Source of the DNA: the human T2T-CHM13v2.0 reference genome, Homo sapiens | Reading direction: 5' to 3' (one strand) | DNA length: 64,000 nucleotides | Assembly (NCBI RefSeq): GCF_009914755.1 | Contig: NC_060932.1 | Shown: positions 56,065 to 64,000 of the stretch, one piece after another | Layout of the letters: every line of letters begins with the position of its first letter | Position numbering within the stretch: position 1 is the first letter of the stretch | Made by a program: the position numbers and the translations under genes | Notes under the pieces: model-generated | The model's input: the letters and a program-made list of their open reading frames with translations, nothing else | Database searches by the model: none | What the model was told of the DNA's origin: nothing

Positions 56065-56287
56065 TACACCAAAACTTGATGATCTTTATTTCTGAGTGGT
56101 AATATTATTCTTTTGACTTTTTTATAGTTTTCGAAGTTTCCAAAATAGGAATATATCATGTATAATCAAGGGGAAAGACATTATTGAAAGACCAAAGAAG
56201 CAAAAGTGCTAGCACCAGGCTCTTCTCTCCCTTGCCAATGTAATCGGTATGCATTCTTCACCTTGTACTTCTGTAGCATAGAATCTC
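56065..56287 (-). ncRNA. FAM167A-AS1: Probable terminal exon of antisense lncRNA FAM167A-AS1 (C8orf12)
   Basis: - strand acceptor cttttattttattctag|G at 56288/56287 and AATAAA at 56085-56090; position fits the antisense gene known to end within FAM167A intron 2. Confidence 0.55.
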
Positions 56288-57169
56288 CTAGAATAAAATA
56301 AAAGTAAGGCCTTCAATCTCCCAACATTCAAATAAAAGTAAGGCCTTCAATCTCCCAACATTCCTGTTTGATGTGAGAGCTGATGAGTTGGGGCTGCTGG
56401 CCAGGGAGCTGCAGCTGACCCCAACCGGGAGGTCCTGCCTGCTCTCCCTTTCCTGGCTGTCTTGCAGGGTCAAGGAGAAGGGAGTTGGAGGATCCCCACA
56501 GCAGCACCTCACCGGAATAGCAGCTCATGGCGATTCCGGGGCTGAGAGAGGCAGGCGGAAGTCTTTTCATCCAGCCCCATGTCCATTCAGCACTACCGGC
56601 CTCCACTGGCCGCCTGGCTTCCGTGCTGGGGTGGGGTGAGGCCAAGGTGGATGGGTCAGGGCTCCTGTCTTTGTGAAGTTTCCCTTCGAAGGAGAAGACA
56701 GGCACATAAACACAGTGGCATGGTGTGACAAAAGTTATAATAGAGATGCAGTAAGTTGAGTTCTGAGATGATCTGGTGAGCTGAGGGCCGTGCTGAGTGG
56801 ATGATGGTGGATGATGAAATTAACCAAAGGGAAATACGCAAATTCCTCACTTCCTTGGCAGCCAGATCCATGCCTGTCCACGTAATTGCATTAAGTTTCT
56901 CCTTATTTCCCATTCACGTTTCTTCTATAATAATAAACTCAATTCCTCTGATGGGCACCCTCCCCATTATAACAGCACACGACGGTATGGGGTAGTGACT
57001 ACTGGGTGAGGCACCTAGAGCGTTTGCTAAAAATGCAGATCCCTCCCAGCCCTCCATGGAAATTCAGATTCCATAAACCTGGGGAGGTGTTGGGGTTTTA
57101 ACAGGTATCTGCAAGTGATTCTAATACAACTGGCTCATTAACTGGTCAAGAGTGCACTGGAAAAAGCAT

Positions 57170-57560
57170 AATATGTGTAATTAGATTCAACTTCAAGTCA
57201 GATTCTACCATATCCTAGTTGTGTGCCTTTAGGTAAACCAATTAACCAAGACTTCTTGGTTTTGTGATTGTAAAATGATAAATCCCTACTTGGCAGCGCG
57301 TTGAGCAGGGAGGAGGGGAATGAGTGGCATTAGGACACTGAACAGTTGCTGGGCCCCTGGGATGGTTGGGTACTGTATTACGCATGTTTATACACACGCC
57401 TCACATCATTCAGTAGCCACAGCAATCTTTCCGGGTAGGCACGATTACTATCCCCATTTCACAGATGAGAAAACTGAGGTTAAAAAACTTGCCCAAGATC
57501 AATCAGCAGAGCAGGAATTTGAACTCAGATCTGCCCGACCTCAAAGCCCTGCAGTGGGTC
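57170..57560. mobile_element. MIR fragments in opposing orientations, preceded by a MER5-like fragment (~56990-57170)
   Basis: cccatttcacagatgagaaaactgagg and tgtaaaatgataa motifs; taaaaatgcagat…gtgattct for MER5. Confidence 0.6.
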
Positions 57561-60500
57561 TGGATTCACCCACCATGCTATAGGAAACTGTGAGGCCCCT
57601 GGCAGCTGAAGCCCAAAGCATGTTCTTCCCAAGAAGACAGGTACCCGAGTAATGGAGTATGAAGTGACTTTGGAGAACAAAACAGCCTCAAACTTGCCTG
57701 GAGGCTGGGGCAGAAAATAGATTTGCCTCACTTCCCTTTGGAGGCGCAGGCAGGAATCTATAGCAACTGCAGGTGCCTGGGAGCCCTATTTAATCCCACA
57801 GGTCCCCACTCCAGCAGCTCATGTCCTGTCCTCAGCTCTCCCTCCCTTGAGGTTAGCAGCCTACTGACACCTTCCTAGCTGGTTCTCGCTCAGCATCAGA
57901 TGTGAAGCTCCCGCTACATCTGTTTCCAAAGCAGGGGATAGAGAACCCAAGAAAAGCCCAGAAATCCCAACAGTTGTGCCCCAGGGGTCTTCTGAGGGCT
58001 CTCAGGTGACCCCAGGGCACTTCGGCACTCCATTTCCATAGGACAGTTATCACCTTGGCTAAAGCTTCCAGTTTCATGTAATGCAAGCCCCAATTCCTGC
58101 CTGCAGATGGGGGAGGCCTTCCTGCAGGTGGAATTGAGAAGGCCGTGCAGGGGAGCTCCTGTCGGAGCAGGGAGACAGCCCCTGCTAGGGGGTGTCTTCT
58201 CTCCCTCCGCCGACTGGCCCAGAGACCCCCAGCAGCATGGCCGAGCTCACAGAGGTGAGGGAGCCAGCCCTTCCTGCAGGTCTTGCCGGGGGCCCAGCAA
58301 GAGCAGCCGTACCTGGGCCATGCTCGCAGCCTGGCAGGGGCAGCAGTCCTGGGACTGGCTGCTTGGCCTCACGAGGGCCCCCACTTGCTCTCCAGGGGAG
58401 TGGCAGGGAAGTTGAGGAAGGCCTTGGCCCCTAGTGGCGGGCCTGGCCCTCCTCATGTGCAAGCTAAGGACACCCCTGAGTGGGAGGGTCCCCACCGCAT
58501 CTCCAGTCTGAAGTGTATTGGCATTACCAGCCCTTTGACGTTGGCAACACTTGGTGATAGAGACAATAACACAGCCCTACCCAACCCCGGACCATGCTTG
58601 GTGACGTGTGACAGGCAGTACAGTTGTCAGCGATAAGGGAGCGCTCAGTAAAGGTGGGTGAAGCTTGGGCTGGGGACCCGCCCTGAGCCAGGCTGTGAGG
58701 AGCAAAAAAGGCTCTGGCAGGGACCCGGCACCCAGGAGCTGGGGCAAGCGCCACATGGGAAGTAAAAACGTAACTGAATGGTTTGCTCTGTGGTTCTGTG
58801 TATGAAGACGGGATATGGTGGAACTAGTAATTCCGGAACTCAATGTCCTGTACAAAGTGTGTGGATATGGGCTTATTTAATTCTCATAAATGATCAGTAG
58901 TGTGTGCCCATTTAATTACGGTCAATTATTATCAGTAAGTGGGTACTATTATGCTCATGTAGCAGATGAGGAAATTGAAGCTTAGGTGTGGGGTGACTTG
59001 CCCAGGGTGGCGTCACCAGCAAGTTGAAGAGAAGGACTTTGAACCAGGGGCTGCTCCTCTGTCCTTTCTACTGGCTGCCTCTCCACAGGCCTGGGGGCAG
59101 TGGGAGATCCCAGAGGGTGGCGGTCAGCCCGGGTAGCAGAGGGAGGAGTGAGGTCTCCAGGACTGTCCCAGCCGTGGAGACAGGTACTGGGTAATGGAGT
59201 GTGGAAAATCAAGACTTGGCTCTGGGGAAATTTAACTAACGGATTGATTCATTGATTCATTCATCTAACAAATGGCTTTTGAGCACCAGAGCATGCCCTA
59301 GGCACTGTGGTGGCCCCAGTCTCTGTCTCTCCTCTGGTGTTTTGTCATCTAGACACATGATAAAAAATGAAACCAATGCCCAACACGTGGGTGCCATGGT
59401 GGAGGCCGCATGGAGGGGCAGTGGTAGCAGGCGCCCATGGGGCTGTCATCCCCTCTGCAGGGAGAGGGACAAAGGCTGAGCTGGTCCTGAAGGGTGACAG
59501 GTGGAGAAGGGACCACAGGGGAGGGGACAGAACCTCAGTGTGGCTGCCCTGTGGGGGCAAGGGCATCAGAGTGGGAGAGGAGGCTGGAGAGGTCAAGGGA
59601 ACAGGAGGGTCCCGTGATACCTTTGAAAGATTTGAAGAAGCAGGGAGACCTGCCCATCAGCCTCTTGAGTGGAGACAGATTGAGTGAGGGGGGGAGGCAG
59701 GCAGGGAGGAGGCCCAGATGCTGGGAGCTGAGGTGCAGAGGACCCAAATGCAGGGGTGGGTGCCAGTGATGCTGTCCTCTGGGCCTGTCCTCACCCAGCC
59801 AGCAGCAGTCACATCTCTCCCACTCTCTCTCCGGCACAGAATGTCTTCCTTGGGTGTACAGCTTCCAGAACCTCCTCAGTTCCAAGATGCAATCTGATGG
59901 GAGGGGAGGAAGGTGATCAGCATCCTCTCTCTGTGTAGGGCACATGCCACCTGTCCAGAGTCATCATGTCATCAGAGGCTGCACTAGGACTGGAACCCAG
60001 AGCCCCTAGTGGCAGATCTAGGGGCTCTTCGGAATGCATCACTCTGTCCTTCCCAAAGGCCAGCCTCACCCCTGAAGGTGTGTAGTTTGGCCCACACCTT
60101 CCAAGTTTGAAAAATTAAAGGCCTGATCACAGGGGTAGAGCTTAACTCTTCCTGTGGAGTCCTCGGCAGGGCCCGAAGAGCCTCCTGCTCTATGCCTGGC
60201 TCTGGGGCTGTCGTCTCTCCCTCCCAGCAAACTCACCATTCCCCAGGGGGCACAGGAGCCCCTGGCAGGGAGGATCCCTGGAGGCCTGGCTCAGATGGAC
60301 TCATCTTGCTGTCTCCTTCCTGCATGCAAGTCAGCCCAGTGACAGGAGCCATTGCACCTGCCCCCCTCCCATCCACAGTCCCAGGCCAGGGGCCTGAAAG
60401 AGAACCCAGGACCAGCCAGGCTCAGAGTCCCCGCCCTGCAGTCTCTGGGCTGCAGAGCCTGAGTGCGGCCTCGGCTCGCCAGGAGAGTCAGCTTCAGCTC

Positions 60501-60748
60501 CCTCCCGCTGGGCTGCAGCCTCCCCGAATAGAGACCTCTGGGAAAGAAACTCCAGCCTTCCTCTGGAAATCAATTCACAAGACCAACCTGGTTCCTAGGG
60601 GTGTTTGCGTTTCTTTCTTCACATTTCCCCGGAACCTCCAGTTGCCCTTCAGCAGCGTGTTTGAAGGGCACTCCTGCTTTCTTTCCTGCCAGCGTTAATC
60701 TGGCTCTTTCTCAGGGACCAAACCCAAGATCATGTAATACAATTTTAC

Positions 60749-60803
60749 CCAGGCTTCTAAGTGGATTCTCCTGCACAACACTGACGAAAATAATAAGGCA
60801 GAC
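60749..60803 (-). ncRNA. Candidate internal exon of FAM167A-AS1
   Basis: - strand acceptor tctcttttccttatcttatttaacttcacctgcag|G and donor TGG|gtaaaa bracket 55 nt. Splice-signal prediction only. Confidence 0.35.
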
Positions 60804-61501
60804 CTGCAGGTGAAGTTAAATAAGATAAGGAAAGAGATTACACAAATTGTTTCCTGGGTTCAAGAACTGTGAGTCTCATTCCCAAATCGTGGGACAGTGG
60901 AACATGTTCTGGGCCTGCACACACAGCTGGCAAAACAGCCTGGATTTTACACGCACCCTCTTTTCAGCATGCATCAGAGACTAATTGTAGCTATTAGGCT
61001 GGGATAGGAGAGATAAGAGCCTGACTTTAAGGGACCAGACAAAATGCCCTTCACCACCTTGGCATTCTGTCTGCCTGCCCAGTTCTGAGCTGATTACCAC
61101 GCTCTCCAGGACACGCACTCTTTCGCCTCTGGTTGGCCCCTGTGCACTGGGATTTCTCTCAAGCCAGCTTTAAAGATGCATCCAGAAATCTCTGCCCCAA
61201 ACATGTTTTCAGATTTGCTGCCATCACAGCCCTTATTTCACCAAACTAAAAGAACAGAGGGTTTCATAAGCCAAAGCGCACACAGCCACATTCTTCAGGA
61301 ATGGAAGCATTAGACGATAGAAAAAAGACAAACTATTAATAGGGTTTCGGGTAAGACTTTTGTTGGAAAGGGGAGGATTTGTCTGGTGGTCCGTGCATTG
61401 CCTTTATTTTAGGAAGCAGAAACCATGGTAGGTTAAAGGTAACACCTTCATAGAGTTGCTCCTTGTGCTTCCAATGGTCGGACAATTACATGTTCTTTTT
61501 T

Positions 61502-62459
61502 ATTTTTTATTTTTTTTTATCATACTTTAAGTTCTGGATTACATGTGCAGAATGTGCAGATTTGTTACATAGGTATACACATGCCATGGTGGTTTGCTGC
61601 ACCCAACAACCCGTCACCTACATTAGGTATTTCTCCTAATGTTATCCCTCCCTACCCCCCAACAGGCCCGGGTATGTGATGTTCCCCTCCCTGTGTCCAC
61701 GTGTTATCATTGTTCAACTCCTACTTATGAGTAAGAACATGCCGTGTTTGGTTTTCTGTTTCTGTGTTGGTTTGCTGAGAATGATGGTTTCCAGCTTCCA
61801 TCCATGTCCCTGCAAAGGACATGAACTCATCCTTTTTTATGGCTGCATAGTATTCCATGGTGTATCTGTGCCACATTTTCTTAATCCAGTCTATCATTGA
61901 TTGACATTTGGGTTGGTTCTAAGTCTTTGCTATTGTGAATAGTGCCACAATGAACATACGTGTGCATGTGTCTTTATCATAGAATGATTTATAATCCTTT
62001 CAGTATATGCCCAGTAATGGGATTGCTGGGTCAAATGGTATTTCCTGTTCTACATCCTTGAGGAATCGCCATACTGTCTTCCACAATGGTTGAACTAATT
62101 TTCACTCCCAACAGTGTAAAAGCATTCCTATTTCTGCACATCCTCTCCAGCATGTTATTTCCTGACTTTTTAATGATCACCATCCTAACTGGTGTGAGAT
62201 GGTATCTCCTTGTGATTTTGATTTGCATTTCTCTAATGACCAGTGATGATGAGTGTTTTTTATTTGTCTGTTGGCTACATAAATGTCTTCTTTTGAGAAG
62301 TGTCTGTTCATATCCTTTGCCCATTTCTTGATGGGGTTGTTCTTTTCTTGTAAATTTGTTTAAGTTCTTTGTAGATTCTGGATATTAGCCCTTTGTCAGA
62401 TGGATAGATTGCAAAAATTTTCTCCCATTCTGTAGGTTGCCTGTTCACTCTGATGATAG
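61502..62459 (-). mobile_element. 5'-truncated L1PA (approx. L1PA6-8), ~960 bp
   Basis: Antisense L1 3'UTR plus ORF2 C-terminus ([21 protein letters not shown]); TSD TACATGT(T/C)CTTTTTT at 61487 and 62460. Confidence 0.93.
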
Positions 62460-63169
62460 TACATGTCCTTTTTTAAATTTTTAATTCCTAAAATCTTTGG
62501 GCCGTTTTAGACCCATAGACATCAGTCCGTGGGATCAGAGAAAGTATTGGAGCAGATCTCATTGGCAACTAAGAGTATTTGCTTCCCTTGAATGTGAAGA
62601 AATCACTCAGTGTTTTAGACCAAGCAAGTGAACACAGATCAGCCAGGGGATGTTGAGTAAGGATGCAAATTCCACAAAAATGCTGCCTTTCCCAAATGCA
62701 CATCCTATGTTAGACTAGCCTTTGCCAGGGACAGCATGAAACCCACACTGAGAGTTGAGTCACCCCGGCCAGCCTCTCGGGCCTTTGGCAAAGAACAAAA
62801 TCCTTCTTTTTTTTTTTTTTTTTTTTTTTTTTGCCAATTGGTCCAGTACCCTCCTTCTGTGGCCCCCATCTCCAGTAACCCCCCAGAGAGGCCCTTCTAC
62901 CTCCCAGACTACTCTTCAGGGTCTCATCAGCTTCCAGTGTCACTCAGGCTAGAGACAACATCACTGAGACCACCCTCCAACTGTCCAGGCTGGGCCCCCA
63001 TTCCCCAGCACCTGCGGCCACGCTTGCTGCAGGCAGGCTGACCGGCCATCTCTATTTGCCCAGGACTAAGGAGGTCCCCTGGATGCAGGATTCTCAGTGC
63101 TAGAACCAGGTAGGTCCTGGGCAAACTGGATTGAACTGATTGCTCTAAATTTGCAGACTCTGCTGTTGT

Positions 63170-63745
63170 TGTTTAAATGTCGGTAAAATATGTATAATAT
63201 AAAATGTACCATTTTATATGTACAGTTCACTAAATATATTCACATTGCTGTGCAGCCGTCACCACCATCCATCTCGAGAACTTCATCCTCCCAAATGGAA
63301 ACTCTGTGCTCACTAAACGCTAACTCCCCATCCCCTCTCCCCAGCCCTTGGCACCACTGTCCTGCTTTCCATCACTATGAATTGGACTACGCTAGGAACC
63401 TCTTCTAAGTGGAATCCTACGGTATTTGGCCTTTAGTGTCTGGCTAATTCACTTAGCATAATGTCCTCAAGATTCATCCATGTTATGGCATGTGCCAGGA
63501 TTGTCTTCCTTTTCAAGGCTGAATAATATTCCACTTTATGGATAGGCCACATTGTGTGGATCCATTCATCTGTGGAGGGCACTGGGTTGGTTCCGCCTAT
63601 TGGTGATTGTGAACGTGGATGTACAAATCCAGGTTCTAGCTTTTGCCTTCATTTGTTTGGGGTGTGTACCTGGAGTGGCATTGCCATGTCATATGGTAAT
63701 TCTGTTTAACTTTCCGGGACCCGCCATGCTGTTTCCCACACCTTT
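63170..63745 (-). mobile_element. L1MB 3' fragment
   Basis: aagtggaatc…tggctaattcacttagcataatgtcctcaagattcatccatgtt motifs. Confidence 0.85.
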
Positions 63746-64000
63746 CTTAAGGCTTTTGTTTTATTCCACCCAGCTCCGAGGGTAGGAGTCAGCTCTTCTG
63801 ACTCCCCAGGAAAATCCCCAGGTCCAGAGAGACCCCCCAGCAAACCACTGGCTTGATGCATTAGACTTTTCTATGATCTGAATGTCCTCGGCTGACCTTC
63901 CCCTTGCGTTTTTCCTCTCTGGGTCCTTCTTCCAGGGCCGCCTTGGCCGTCTCCTCCAGCCCCCTTGCCACACCCTCCCCTCACCACGTAAAGCTTGGAA

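Overview
Human genomic DNA from chr8p23.1, the BLK–FAM167A autoimmune-risk interval. FAM167A (C8orf13) reads on the + strand. Its CpG-island promoter and non-coding exon 1 lie at ~27.5 kb, a probable distal alternative first exon at ~19.5 kb, and exon 2 at 49915-50692 (encoding the first 127 aa); the last coding exon lies beyond the window. The BLK promoter/5' end is divergent at the left edge (- strand), and the 3' end of the antisense lncRNA FAM167A-AS1 probably lies near 56.1 kb (- strand). The rest is intergenic or intronic, with Alu, L1, L2, MIR, MaLR/ERV LTR and DNA-transposon remnants. The only supported CDS is FAM167A exon 2. The most interesting observations are: (1) a two-uORF 5'UTR whose second uORF stops 1 nt before the main ATG; (2) RFX X-boxes at the promoter and next to a 2-kb intronic VNTR built from GGCAAC half-sites; (3) an adjacent CCCTAA-containing 23-bp minisatellite; (4) signs that this is a non-GRCh38, possibly inverted, haplotype. 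These are regulatory hypotheses; I found no evidence of a novel protein-coding system. Locus and repeat-family names come from recognition, not database searches.
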